Shown here one piece after another: positions 40,550 through 49,747 of a DNA stretch of 64,000 nt. This DNA comes from an uncultured virus (IMG/VR IMGVR_UViG_3300020416_000007). Taxonomy: Duplodnaviria; Heunggongvirae; Uroviricota; Caudoviricetes. The stretch is from the IMG/VR virus record IMGVR_UViG_3300020416_000007, one strand, 5' to 3'. A program made the translations under genes and the position numbers. Every line of letters starts with the position of its first letter. The first letter of the stretch is position 1. The notes under the pieces are model-generated. The model had not been told where the DNA came from. It was given only the letters and a program-made list of their open reading frames with translations, and searched no databases.

Positions 40550-40966
40550 ATGATTAGATTATTAAATAAAATACCTGAGTTTTGTTTAAGCCATTGGCTA
40601 CTACGAATACCTTTAGCTGTAATCTTTCTACAGCAAGGTATGAGCAAATTACCATATGACATAGAAGATGGCGCAGCCTTTGACTTATCACCATTAGTTT
40701 GGTGGTTTGTTACATATGGTGAGTTAGGTGCAGGACTTGGCATAATAGTTAGCGGATTGCTAGCATTTAAATTTTTTGGAGATACTATAAGAAGCATAAG
40801 CGATTTGTTTACACGCTTTTGTGGTATTGTAATGTGTTCAATTATGACAGGTGTCATATGGATAGGAGAACCTGATAGTCTTATGGATGTAATATTATAT
40901 GATAATTTACATGTATTTCTATGGGTAGGTGGTTTATACTTTGCGTTAAGAGGAAGCCGAACATGA
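40550..40966 (+). CDS. DoxX-family membrane protein
   Basis: LLRIPLAVIFLQQG.SK, GELGAGLG, TRFCG; about four hydrophobic segments. Confidence 0.75.
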   Translation: MIRLLNKIPEFCLSHWLLRIPLAVIFLQQGMSKLPYDIEDGAAFDLSPLVWWFVTYGELGAGLGIIVSGLLAFKFFGDTIRSISDLFTRFCGIVMCSIMTGVIWIGEPDSLMDVILYDNLHVFLWVGGLYFALRGSRT

Positions 40967-40973
40967 ATGTATA

Positions 40974-41459
40974 ATGATCTTAGTAAAATCCAGATCGGAC
41001 ATGTGGGGAACTAGACGTGTTTATAAAGGGAATGGATGTTATATAAAAGAATTCGATTATTGTGATCACTACTGGTATCATAAACATATAAAAATGGTTG
41101 ATACTATGAATCCAGGATATTATATAAATACTTTTTATAGTACAACTAGAATGACTTTTATTATGAAAACAGTTCCTGGTGTAAATGCTAAAACTCTTGG
41201 TAGTGGCATAAAATTTGTTAAACGCGTTTTAAAATTTGTCCACAGTAATATACAAGAAACTGGTTCACTTGGTCATGGTGATTGGGCGTTAGAAAATATA
41301 ATAGTAAATGGTAATGATATGCAAATGATAGATTGGGATGCATGCGGTGTCATGACAAAAGAAGAAAAACTCAATAAAGCATATCACGATTTGAAAAAAG
41401 ATTTCGAAAAAAAGGGTTTAAGATCCTTTGATAATATATGGAGAGAAAGTCATGATTAA
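40974..41459 (+). CDS. Small kinase-fold (APH/protein kinase-like) protein
   Basis: HGDWALENII catalytic-loop-like and MIDWD motifs. Confidence 0.6.
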   Translation: MILVKSRSDMWGTRRVYKGNGCYIKEFDYCDHYWYHKHIKMVDTMNPGYYINTFYSTTRMTFIMKTVPGVNAKTLGSGIKFVKRVLKFVHSNIQETGSLGHGDWALENIIVNGNDMQMIDWDACGVMTKEEKLNKAYHDLKKDFEKKGLRSFDNIWRESHD

Positions 41460-41880
41460 ATTTTTATCAACTGTAGCTGTAATAGCTTCATTGTCTGTTC
41501 CAACATTTGCTGCAGACATAACAATCGATATGTTAAATAAACGTGATGATGGAGCAAAAATGGTATACTCCGAAGATATAGCACGTATTGACGTAGGCGA
41601 TACAATAACTTGGAATCCAAAATCAAAAGGCCACAATGTACATTTTATTGCTGGTCCTGAAGGATGGGAGCTTCCAGCAAAAAGTAAAAATAATAAAGAA
41701 GTATCAATAACATTTGATACAGCCGGCATTTACTTATACCAATGTACACCACATGCAACAATGGGTATGATTGCTATGGTAGTTGTTGGAGATGACATGT
41801 CAAATCTAGATGATATAAAAGACGTGAAGATACGTGGCAAGTCAAAGAGAAAAATGAAAGAACTACTGGAGAATTTGTAA
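41452..41880 (+). CDS. Pseudoazurin-like blue copper protein with signal peptide
   Basis: Signal peptide ending TFA; MLNK...MVY, GDTITW.P..KGHNV, YQCTPHATMGM type-1 Cu ligands. Confidence 0.88.
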   Translation: MIKFLSTVAVIASLSVPTFAADITIDMLNKRDDGAKMVYSEDIARIDVGDTITWNPKSKGHNVHFIAGPEGWELPAKSKNNKEVSITFDTAGIYLYQCTPHATMGMIAMVVVGDDMSNLDDIKDVKIRGKSKRKMKELLENL

Positions 41881-42128
41881 TGGCGCAAAAGTTTAGTCAG
41901 CAATTAATTAAAGCATGTAGAATGCATGCTGAAGGTGAATTAGAGCGAGCAAAAACTAATATAATGGTTTATATGAGAAATGCTGCAGGTATAGGTGAAC
42001 ATAGCGATATAGTTGAAGCTATACAAAAAGAATTAACTACTATGGGGCATGCTCATGAGCGGTTAGAAATGTTAGATAAATACTTTGAAGAGGATGTCAA
42101 GATAGAAGTATCAGATGTTCGAACTTAG
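41880..42128 (+). CDS. Conserved hypothetical protein
   Basis: HAEGELERAKTNI.VY...GIGEHSDIVEAI resembles a small marine myophage family. Confidence 0.6.
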   Translation: MAQKFSQQLIKACRMHAEGELERAKTNIMVYMRNAAGIGEHSDIVEAIQKELTTMGHAHERLEMLDKYFEEDVKIEVSDVRT

Positions 42129-42148
42129 CATAGGAAAAAGGAAAGTTT

Positions 42149-43024
42149 ATGAGCTTTGATTTTGATTTTACAAAAGAGCATCTAGCAGAAATTATATCTG
42201 ATGATGCAGATAACTGGTATGACGCTTTATGCGATTTATTACCTAAGTATGAAATTACTACAGAACGTAGAGTGGCACACTTCTTATCACAATGCGCACA
42301 TGAAAGCGCTGGGTTTAAACGATTAGAAGAAAATTTAAACTATTCGGCTAAAGCGTTACGTGCAGTGTTTGGTCGTTACTTTGGCGATTCGCCAAAAAGA
42401 GATGCAGATGAATATCATCGTCAACCTGAAATGATTGCTAATTATGTTTATATGGATGAGTTCCGTAAATATAAAATGGGTAATGTAGAAGAAGGCGATG
42501 GTTGGCTGTTTCGTGGTCGTGGATTAAAACAACTTACTGGTAGAGAAAACTATACACGATTTGGTGCATCAGTAGATATGACTGCAGAAGAAGCTGCAGA
42601 ATATGTAGCAACACCAGCTGGTGCAATTGAATCAGCATGTTGGTTTTGGGATAATAATAATCTTAATAATATCGCTGATGGCGACGACGTTAAGCTTATG
42701 ACTAAAAAAATTAATGGTGGAAGTATTGGATTAGAAGATCGTAAGAAACGATACATGCACGCTATGAAAGTATTAGGCATGTCTCCTGAAGACATTGCAG
42801 CAGAAGATGATGATATTGAAGAAATTATTGATGACATCGGTGTATTACGTAAAGGCTCAAGCGGTGATGGTGTAAAAATCATGCAAGAAGCTTTAGGTAT
42901 TACTGCTGATGGAGCGTTTGGTCCTGGTACCGAACGTGCTCTTAAAGAATGGCAAGCCGCAAATGGATTAACTGCAGATGGTGTGGCAGGACCAGCCACC
43001 TTTGCAAAACTATTGGAGGACTAA
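42149..43024 (+). CDS. GH19 endolysin with C-terminal peptidoglycan-binding domain
   Basis: AHFLSQCAHES, ENLNYS, FRGRGLKQLTGRENY, INGG..GL; LRKGS.G...Q...GLTADGVAGPAT. Confidence 0.9.
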   Translation: MSFDFDFTKEHLAEIISDDADNWYDALCDLLPKYEITTERRVAHFLSQCAHESAGFKRLEENLNYSAKALRAVFGRYFGDSPKRDADEYHRQPEMIANYVYMDEFRKYKMGNVEEGDGWLFRGRGLKQLTGRENYTRFGASVDMTAEEAAEYVATPAGAIESACWFWDNNNLNNIADGDDVKLMTKKINGGSIGLEDRKKRYMHAMKVLGMSPEDIAAEDDDIEEIIDDIGVLRKGSSGDGVKIMQEALGITADGAFGPGTERALKEWQAANGLTADGVAGPATFAKLLED

Positions 43025-43312
43025 ATGTCAATTGACTCGTTACCTACAGGTCTAAAAGAATGCGTGCAAGATTGCGCTGATCAACTAAATGAAACCAAGG
43101 CATTAGAATTACTTGATGAGTGTGCTACAGATGATGGCAAAGACAGAGCAGCTTGGATAGAATCAAATTCAGGCGATAATGGAACAAAGCAGATGATTGT
43201 ATTTTATGCTCAAAAGCGTCTTGAAGATCATGAAAAAGGAACTGTAAATCAAGATATACTTAAGCGTATCAATCAATCACAAATGGATGCAATTGAATTA
43301 GTTGAAGGTTAA
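43025..43312 (+). CDS. Hypothetical protein
   Basis: ORF with ggagg SD filling the gap before gp43. Confidence 0.55.
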   Translation: MSIDSLPTGLKECVQDCADQLNETKALELLDECATDDGKDRAAWIESNSGDNGTKQMIVFYAQKRLEDHEKGTVNQDILKRINQSQMDAIELVEG

Positions 43313-43320
43313 AATAATAG

Positions 43321-43349
43321 TTTACAATTGCTGTGAACTGTGGTAGAAT
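43321..43349 (+). promoter_or_regulatory. Sigma70-like promoter before gp43
   Basis: TTTACA-17nt-TAGAAT, nearly identical to the gp45 promoter. Confidence 0.82.
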
Positions 43350-43355
43350 AACTAT

Positions 43356-45929
43356 ATGTTTTATACCAATATTGTTCGTTATTCAAATTATATTCTTTAC
43401 CGGGGCTATGATGGCTCCGGTAAAAAAGTTTTTAGAAAAGAAAAGTTTAAGCCAAAATTTTATGTTCCGTCTAAAACACAGACTGGATGGCATGGCTTAG
43501 ACGGCACGCCAATTGGCGAAGTCGAGTTCGGATCAATGCGTGAAGCACGCGACTGGCTCGAACAATATAATGATGTAGGTGGTTTCAATATATATGGAGC
43601 TACTAATTATATTCATCAATATATTACTCAAAAGTTTCCTAAAGATATAGCATTCGATCGTGATAAGATCAATGTTACTACAATCGATATTGAAACAGAA
43701 TATGAAGGTGGCTTTCCTGATCCTGATATTGCTGATCAAACTGTATTAGCTATCACATTAAAAAATAATATAGATGGCATATACTATGTGTGGGGTTTAC
43801 AGGATTACGATGAAGAAGCTGCGCTTATAAAACCTTTGAAGTATGTAAAGTGTAGTAATGAAAATGAATTACTAGCACGATTCTTAGAACATTGGAAAAC
43901 TGAACAACATATACCTGATGTTATAACAGGTTGGAATGTTAGATTTTTCGATATACCTTATCTTGTAAATCGTATTAACCGTGTGCTTGGTCTTGATAGA
44001 TGTAGAGAATTCTCTCCATGGGGTTTAATCGATCATCGTAAAGTAAAGCGCATGAATCGTACACAGAGTACATACGATATAAAAGGTGTACAAGTTTTAG
44101 ATTATCTAGAATTGTTTCAAAAGTTTGGATATGCCTATGGCGCTCAAGAATCTTATAAGCTTGATCATATTGCATACGTAGTTCTTGGTGAAAAGAAATT
44201 ATCGTATGAAGAATCCGGTTCTCTAAAAAATCTATATAAAGACGATTACCAAAAGTACATTGACTATAATATGAAAGATGTACAATTGGTTGATCGCCTT
44301 GAAGATAAGATGGGATTGATTACACTTGCTATGACTGTAGCTTATAAAGGTGGTGTCAATTATCAAGATACATTTGGTACTACTGCGATATGGGAATCAA
44401 TTATATATCGTAAACTACTTAGTATGAAAACAGTTCCAAGTATCAATCAAATACCACAAAGTGATTATATGCCTCAAGGCGCTACCACTGAAGATAATCC
44501 TGGTCCTGTTGAAAGAAGTCGCGGTACGCCTGCACGATTTGCCGGTGGTTATGTAAAAGATCCTCAAGTTGGTGCACATGATTGGGTAGTGTCTTTTGAT
44601 TTAAATTCACTATATCCTAATATCATTGTACAATGGAATATGTCTCCTGAAACGCTAATGCAAAATCCTTGTGATCAGTTGCCTAGCGGTGTAGAATTAT
44701 ATTTACAAGATAAAGATCCTATACATCCAGCACAGCGTGAAAGAAACATAACAGTTGCTGCTAATGGTTCGACATATACAAAAGAAAAAGATGGTGTTAT
44801 TCCTAATCTTATTATTGAATACTATTCTGATAGATCTTCTATCAAGAAACAAATGCTATCTGCAGAAAAAGCTTATCAAAAAGGAAAAACATTTGAGTTA
44901 GAAAAAGAAATCAATAAGCTTCATAACCAGCAGATGGCTATTAAAATTCTTATGAACTCTTTGTATGGTGCATTAGGCAATCAATACTTTAAGTATTTTG
45001 ATTTACGTATGGCTGAAGGCGTTACTCTTACAGGTCAAACAGTAATACGTTGGGCAGAGAAAGCTATCAATAAAGAAATGAATAAGCTACTACAAACGGA
45101 GAAAGATTATGTACTGGCTATCGATACCGATTCTGTTTATATTAACATGGGTCCTCTTGTCAATAAATTTAATCCTAACGATCCTGTAAAGTTCTTAGAT
45201 AAAATTTGCCAAGAACACTTTGAACCTATGATGGCAAAGTCATATGATAAATTATATCATAACATGGCATGCCACAAGCCTCGTATGGAGATGGCTCGTG
45301 AAGTTATTGCTGATCGTGGTATATGGACTGCAAAGAAACGATACATATTAAACGTACATAACTCTGAAGGTGTTCAGTTTGCTGAGCCTAAACTAAAGAT
45401 AATGGGTATTGAAGCTATTAAGTCTTCTACACCTGAAGTTGTGCGTGGTAAGTTCAAAGAAATATTTAAAGTCATTATATCTGGAACTGAAGCTGATACA
45501 CAAAAGTTTATAAGAAATTTTAAGAATGAGTTTAAGGCTATGCCACCAGAACTTATTGCCTTTCCTCGTGGTGTAACAAACATTACAGATTGGAAAGATA
45601 GAAAGCTCATATATAAGAAAGGTACACCAATTCACGTACGTGGTTCATTATTGTATAATAAGTACCTAAAAGAATTTAAAGCCACAAATAAGTATGAGCT
45701 TATAGAAAATGGAAGTCGTATAAAGTTTTGTTATTTAAAGTTACCTAATACTATAAAAGAAAACGTCATAGCATTTCCTGACGTAATACCACGTGAGTTT
45801 GCTATCGATCGTTATGTAGATTATGAGAAACAATTTGAGAAAACTTTTGTTGAACCTCTCAAATTAATATTAGATGCTGTTGGCTGGACAGTTGAAGAAC
45901 AGCTAACGCTGGAGGACTTTTTCAATTGA
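43356..45929 (+). CDS. gp43: Family B DNA polymerase gp43
   Basis: DIET exonuclease, SFDLNSLYP, KILMNSLYGALG, IDTDS, KKRY. Confidence 0.98.
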   Translation: MFYTNIVRYSNYILYRGYDGSGKKVFRKEKFKPKFYVPSKTQTGWHGLDGTPIGEVEFGSMREARDWLEQYNDVGGFNIYGATNYIHQYITQKFPKDIAFDRDKINVTTIDIETEYEGGFPDPDIADQTVLAITLKNNIDGIYYVWGLQDYDEEAALIKPLKYVKCSNENELLARFLEHWKTEQHIPDVITGWNVRFFDIPYLVNRINRVLGLDRCREFSPWGLIDHRKVKRMNRTQSTYDIKGVQVLDYLELFQKFGYAYGAQESYKLDHIAYVVLGEKKLSYEESGSLKNLYKDDYQKYIDYNMKDVQLVDRLEDKMGLITLAMTVAYKGGVNYQDTFGTTAIWESIIYRKLLSMKTVPSINQIPQSDYMPQGATTEDNPGPVERSRGTPARFAGGYVKDPQVGAHDWVVSFDLNSLYPNIIVQWNMSPETLMQNPCDQLPSGVELYLQDKDPIHPAQRERNITVAANGSTYTKEKDGVIPNLIIEYYSDRSSIKKQMLSAEKAYQKGKTFELEKEINKLHNQQMAIKILMNSLYGALGNQYFKYFDLRMAEGVTLTGQTVIRWAEKAINKEMNKLLQTEKDYVLAIDTDSVYINMGPLVNKFNPNDPVKFLDKICQEHFEPMMAKSYDKLYHNMACHKPRMEMAREVIADRGIWTAKKRYILNVHNSEGVQFAEPKLKIMGIEAIKSSTPEVVRGKFKEIFKVIISGTEADTQKFIRNFKNEFKAMPPELIAFPRGVTNITDWKDRKLIYKKGTPIHVRGSLLYNKYLKEFKATNKYELIENGSRIKFCYLKLPNTIKENVIAFPDVIPREFAIDRYVDYEKQFEKTFVEPLKLILDAVGWTVEEQLTLEDFFN

Positions 45930-46720
45930 GAATAATTGCAGGACCATGTCAGCATGAGTCATTATACAAATCATTAGAGATTGCAGAACACTGTCAAGAG
46001 ATATGCGATAAGTATAATGTAGAATATTATTTTAAAGCTAGCTTTGATAAAGCAAATAGATCGCACATAGATAATACACGAGGATGTAACAGTGTACCAT
46101 GGGAGTCATTTGTAGAAACATTAAGAGACTTTAAACAAATGAAAGAAACTCTTGGTGTAAAAATACTAACAGATATACATGAACGTTGGCAGATTGGTGA
46201 CATGGTAAGAAATGGTTCTGTAGACGTAGTGCAGATACCAGCTTTTTTATCTAGACAAACAGATTTAATTACTGCAGTTGCTGATCAACAGTTTGAAGCT
46301 ATCAATATTAAAAAAGGACAGTTTATGTCTCCACAGGATGTTGAAGGTATACTAAGTAAAACAGCAGGTCGTAGAGTAAAAAATGTATGGATAACAGAAA
46401 GAGGAACTAGTTTTGGCTATGGACGTCTTATTAATGATTTCACTGGCATGTACGATATCCTTTGTGATTTACATGACAATTTTATTTACGATGTTACGCA
46501 CTCGGTCCAACAACCTGGAGGCACCTCGACTGGTGGAAATCGTGACTATGTGCCTGGTCTCGCTCGCGCTGGGGCCGCTCTTGGGATTACTTCTTTTTTC
46601 TTAGAAGTACATCCTGAACCTGATTATGCACCTAGTGATGCTGCAAACATGCTCGATCTTAATGATTTTGAGTGGGTAGTGAAAGATATAACTAATATTT
46701 CTAAATATGTGATAGGATAG
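45926..46720 (+). CDS. kdsA: KDO8P synthase (metal-dependent type)
   Basis: IAGPC, KASFDKANRS, QIPAFLSRQTDL, NIKKGQF, TERG.SFGY, DVTHSVQ. Confidence 0.92.
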   Translation: MRIIAGPCQHESLYKSLEIAEHCQEICDKYNVEYYFKASFDKANRSHIDNTRGCNSVPWESFVETLRDFKQMKETLGVKILTDIHERWQIGDMVRNGSVDVVQIPAFLSRQTDLITAVADQQFEAINIKKGQFMSPQDVEGILSKTAGRRVKNVWITERGTSFGYGRLINDFTGMYDILCDLHDNFIYDVTHSVQQPGGTSTGGNRDYVPGLARAGAALGITSFFLEVHPEPDYAPSDAANMLDLNDFEWVVKDITNISKYVIG

Positions 46721-46723
46721 AAA

Positions 46724-47068
46724 ATGAAAGCAGGTAAGATATGGGGTCAAACAGAATTGATCCACGCAAATGGTGTGTTAGAGTTTCACCGTATAGAATA
46801 CAAAGCTGGATTTAAATGCTCAGAACATGAACACCAATTTAAATGGAATGGCTTTTATGTAGAGTCAGGTCAAATGCTCGTACGCGTGTGGCAAGATGAT
46901 CAAGGATTAGTTGATGAAACTATTTTAAATCCAGGTGACTTTACACAAGTAAAGCCTGGTAAGATTCACCAGTTTGAAGGACTTGAAGACGGTGTTGCTT
47001 TTGAATTGTATTGGGCTGAGTTTAATCATAACGATATTGTAAGAAAAACAAGCGGAACGAAAGTATAA
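46724..47068 (+). CDS. Cupin-fold protein (possible sugar isomerase)
   Basis: CSEHEH..K.N.FYV.SG and GD...VKPG..HQF cupin motifs. Confidence 0.75.
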   Translation: MKAGKIWGQTELIHANGVLEFHRIEYKAGFKCSEHEHQFKWNGFYVESGQMLVRVWQDDQGLVDETILNPGDFTQVKPGKIHQFEGLEDGVAFELYWAEFNHNDIVRKTSGTKV

Positions 47069-47074
47069 TGATGG

Positions 47075-47103
47075 TTTACAATACTATGAAAATAGTGTAT
47101 AAT
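47075..47103 (+). promoter_or_regulatory. Sigma70-like promoter
   Basis: TTTACA-17nt-TATAAT. Confidence 0.78.
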
Positions 47104-47122
47104 ATAAAAAATGGAGAATAAT

Positions 47123-47533
47123 ATGTCTGATTGGGCAAACGATATTTACATGATGCACAATAAGTTTGGTGTACGTGAATGGTTCGAAAATAATAAAGAT
47201 GATGTAATGCTTATGCGAAAGTACTTGGCTTTTAGATTATTAATGTGCCAAGAAGAATTGCATGAAACTATGATGGCTGCTAATAATGGCAACCACGAAG
47301 AAATAGTTGATGGCCTTATCGATCTTTGTGTATTTGCTATTGGTACTTTGGATGTGTTTGGTGTTGATGCTAATAAAGCGTGGGATGCTATATACAAAGC
47401 TAACATGGCAAAAGAACCTGGTATAAAAGAAGGTCGTCCTAATCCATTCGGACTTCCTGACTTAATGAAACCAGAAGGATGGGAATCACCTAGCCATGCA
47501 GGAAACCACGGAAATCTCACTAACGTTATTTAA
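47123..47533 (+). CDS. MazG-like dNTP pyrophosphohydrolase
   Basis: EEL.E...EIVDGLID acidic motif, ANM.K, KPEGW. Confidence 0.8.
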   Translation: MSDWANDIYMMHNKFGVREWFENNKDDVMLMRKYLAFRLLMCQEELHETMMAANNGNHEEIVDGLIDLCVFAIGTLDVFGVDANKAWDAIYKANMAKEPGIKEGRPNPFGLPDLMKPEGWESPSHAGNHGNLTNVI

Positions 47534-48440
47534 AAACGTTTATGACAATAAAACAAATAGACGTGTTGATTGTAAAGATTTCGACACGTTTGAACGTGCG
47601 TTATATGACATGTCAACAACTCAGCGATCTGGTAAAAAGGATGCTGAGCTTATGTCGCCTGCAACATACCAAGTAGATACCACTCGTGCAAATGCAAATG
47701 TTATTGAGTGGACTGGTTGGTGTGCAGTTGATGTAGATGAATTTGAATTTGATGGAGATCTAGAAGATGAACTTCGCAACAGGTTTGGTCATTATCGTTA
47801 CGTTTGTTATAGTACTGCTAGCAGCACTAAAGATTTTCCAAAGTTTAGGCTCGTCTTTCCACTCAGACACAACGTACCTGCAGAAAAAATTAAACACTTC
47901 TGGTTTTCTTTACAAACAGAATTGGGTGAACTTGGCGATAAACAAACTAAAGACTTATCTCGCATGTACTACATCCCTGCGCAATATGATAATGCCTTTA
48001 ATTTTATATTTAGTAATAGTAACGGTGCTCCTATCGATCCTGCCGAGTTGATGCTTAAGCATCCTTATGCAGAAAAAGCTACATTAAATAATTTCTTTGA
48101 TAGATTACCTGATGCTATACAGCAACAGATAATTGAACATAGAAAACAAAAACTTGACAATACGAATTATAATTGGTCGTCATATAAAGACTGTCCTTTC
48201 TTTCCTAAAAAGCTTGAGTCAGAGTATAGGCTAATTAATAATACTGGCTGGTACCATAAGATGTATCAGATCATGGTTGCAATTGCTGGCAACGCTATAA
48301 AAAATAAATATCCAATCACGTCTTCAGAAATATCTAAGATGTGTAGAGAACTGGATATGGAAACAGGGAATTGGTATGAGAATCGTCCTCTTGATAGAGA
48401 GGCTGATAGAGCTTTAGAATTTGTTTACAAAAACGCGTAG
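47496..48440 (+). CDS. Putative archaeo-eukaryotic primase (prim-pol-like) protein
   Basis: AVDVD, YSTASS, PKFRLVFPL, D..TKDLSRMYYIP. Confidence 0.6.
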   Translation: MQETTEISLTLFKNVYDNKTNRRVDCKDFDTFERALYDMSTTQRSGKKDAELMSPATYQVDTTRANANVIEWTGWCAVDVDEFEFDGDLEDELRNRFGHYRYVCYSTASSTKDFPKFRLVFPLRHNVPAEKIKHFWFSLQTELGELGDKQTKDLSRMYYIPAQYDNAFNFIFSNSNGAPIDPAELMLKHPYAEKATLNNFFDRLPDAIQQQIIEHRKQKLDNTNYNWSSYKDCPFFPKKLESEYRLINNTGWYHKMYQIMVAIAGNAIKNKYPITSSEISKMCRELDMETGNWYENRPLDREADRALEFVYKNA

Positions 48441-48448
48441 GAGTTAAA

Positions 48449-48640
48449 ATGAGTGAGAATTATTGTACTACAAGAGGTCTAGGTTGGGCTTTCCTAATAC
48501 TATTTTTGTTTATAGCAGGTGTTCCAATATTGATGCTTTTAGTTATGGTAGGGCCTGATGAATATGCTAGGTATTGCAATTTAAATATAATGCCATGCTT
48601 TACTAACACTATTAATTTTTTTAGAGAGGTTTTAAATTAA
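48449..48640 (+). CDS. Small membrane protein
   Basis: aggag SD; one long hydrophobic segment. Confidence 0.55.
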   Translation: MSENYCTTRGLGWAFLILFLFIAGVPILMLLVMVGPDEYARYCNLNIMPCFTNTINFFREVLN

Positions 48641-48852
48641 TGGATCCTAGAAAAGCAGCACAAGAAGAAGCAGAAAAAACATTTGAAATGTTTATGGAAT
48701 GGACTAAGCGAGTAGTATATATAAGTATATTCGCATTAGTAGTAGTTGTTGTAGGATGCAACAGCGGCGTTGAGACAGGACCTAAAGCAACGGGTTCTAA
48801 ATATAATGGCGAACAGTACGACCCCTATAATCTTAACGTAAAGGATAAGTAA
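48640..48852 (+). CDS. Small membrane protein resembling aa3-type cytochrome c oxidase subunit IV
   Basis: MD....Q...EKTF..F...T...+TM helix ending NS. Confidence 0.45.
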   Translation: MDPRKAAQEEAEKTFEMFMEWTKRVVYISIFALVVVVVGCNSGVETGPKATGSKYNGEQYDPYNLNVKDK

Positions 48853-49179
48853 ATGAAGAAAGCATTCACCCCTATTGGATGGGGAAGGACTATTTTAGGT
48901 GCAAGAGACGCGTGGAAAAGTGTAATGACTATTAAGAACTCTCCGCTCCGTAACCTACCACCTCAGCTAGGGCTGATGGTATTTTCAATACTAGCTATCA
49001 TGTGGAGTGGTATTTTTGCAGCTATAATAAACAATCCATATGCATTTGGAATATCAGCAGGTGGACATCTTTTAGTTATCTTTGGAATTTTTATAACCGC
49101 CATAGTATATGATAGTGCAGAAAAATATAGTGCACCGCAGAACTATAATAGTCGAGGAAAAGGTGGCGAACACGAATGA
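48853..49179 (+). CDS. Hypothetical membrane protein
   Basis: W..VM...SPL...MW..IF...GH; two TM segments. Confidence 0.6.
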   Translation: MKKAFTPIGWGRTILGARDAWKSVMTIKNSPLRNLPPQLGLMVFSILAIMWSGIFAAIINNPYAFGISAGGHLLVIFGIFITAIVYDSAEKYSAPQNYNSRGKGGEHE

Positions 49180-49400
49180 AATGGTTAATAGTAATTGCTA
49201 CTCTAAATCTAGATCCATGGGGTATACAAACTCTTAAGTTTGATACAAAGAATGAATGTGTTGAGTATGTAAATAATGTAGAAAATGCAGATGTTATTGC
49301 AATAGAAGTAATAGCAAAAGGTGGATTTGACGATAGAGTTACAGCAATAATGTGCCTACCTGAAAATAATAATATGATAAAAATTAGAAAAAAAACGTAA
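49176..49400 (+). CDS. Hypothetical protein
   Basis: ATGA overlap; F.TK.EC...C pattern. Confidence 0.5.
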   Translation: MKWLIVIATLNLDPWGIQTLKFDTKNECVEYVNNVENADVIAIEVIAKGGFDDRVTAIMCLPENNNMIKIRKKT

Positions 49401-49448
49401 GTGGTTGTTTTTAAACGAAACAAAAATGCTAAAAAATGCATTTTTTCC

Positions 49449-49477
49449 TTTACATTCCCTGAGAAATGTGGTAGATT
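49449..49477 (+). promoter_or_regulatory. Sigma70-like promoter heading the DNA-modification operon
   Basis: AT-rich UP region, TTTACA-17nt-TAGATT with TG extension. Confidence 0.72.
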
Positions 49478-49504
49478 ATATCTATTAAATGAGGAGTTTA
49501 TAGA

Positions 49505-49747
49505 ATGTCAAATGGAATCAATTACGTAGCTGCTAACGAAGGTGGATTAACTTTCGGTATCGAAACAACTAATGGAACTATCAACCGACGTGCTGATACA
49601 ATCCAAGATGGTGTTGAGCTAATCAAAAAGTACGGTATTGCTGAAGCAGTGTTTGGTTCATCTTCAATGGACTTTGCTGCCGAAGAAGGTTTCGCCGACG
49701 ATGATGGTGCAACTAAATTCTGGAACAGAATCTTGGAGGCAGTATAA
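49505..49747 (+). CDS. Hypothetical protein
   Basis: gaggag SD directly after promoter. Confidence 0.65.
   Translation: MSNGINYVAANEGGLTFGIETTNGTINRRADTIQDGVELIKKYGIAEAVFGSSSMDFAAEEGFADDDGATKFWNRILEAV

Noticed and set aside
32339..41130. Intragenic TATAAATA matches (32339, 38957, 41123)
   Set aside because: Expected by chance in AT-rich coding DNA and not at gene boundaries, so not called as promoters.
7528..45929. Inteins, introns or homing endonucleases in gp17, gp20, gp23 or gp43
   Set aside because: ORFs are continuous and of normal length with no splicing or endonuclease motifs; gp43 has only a short loop insertion before GGYVKDP.
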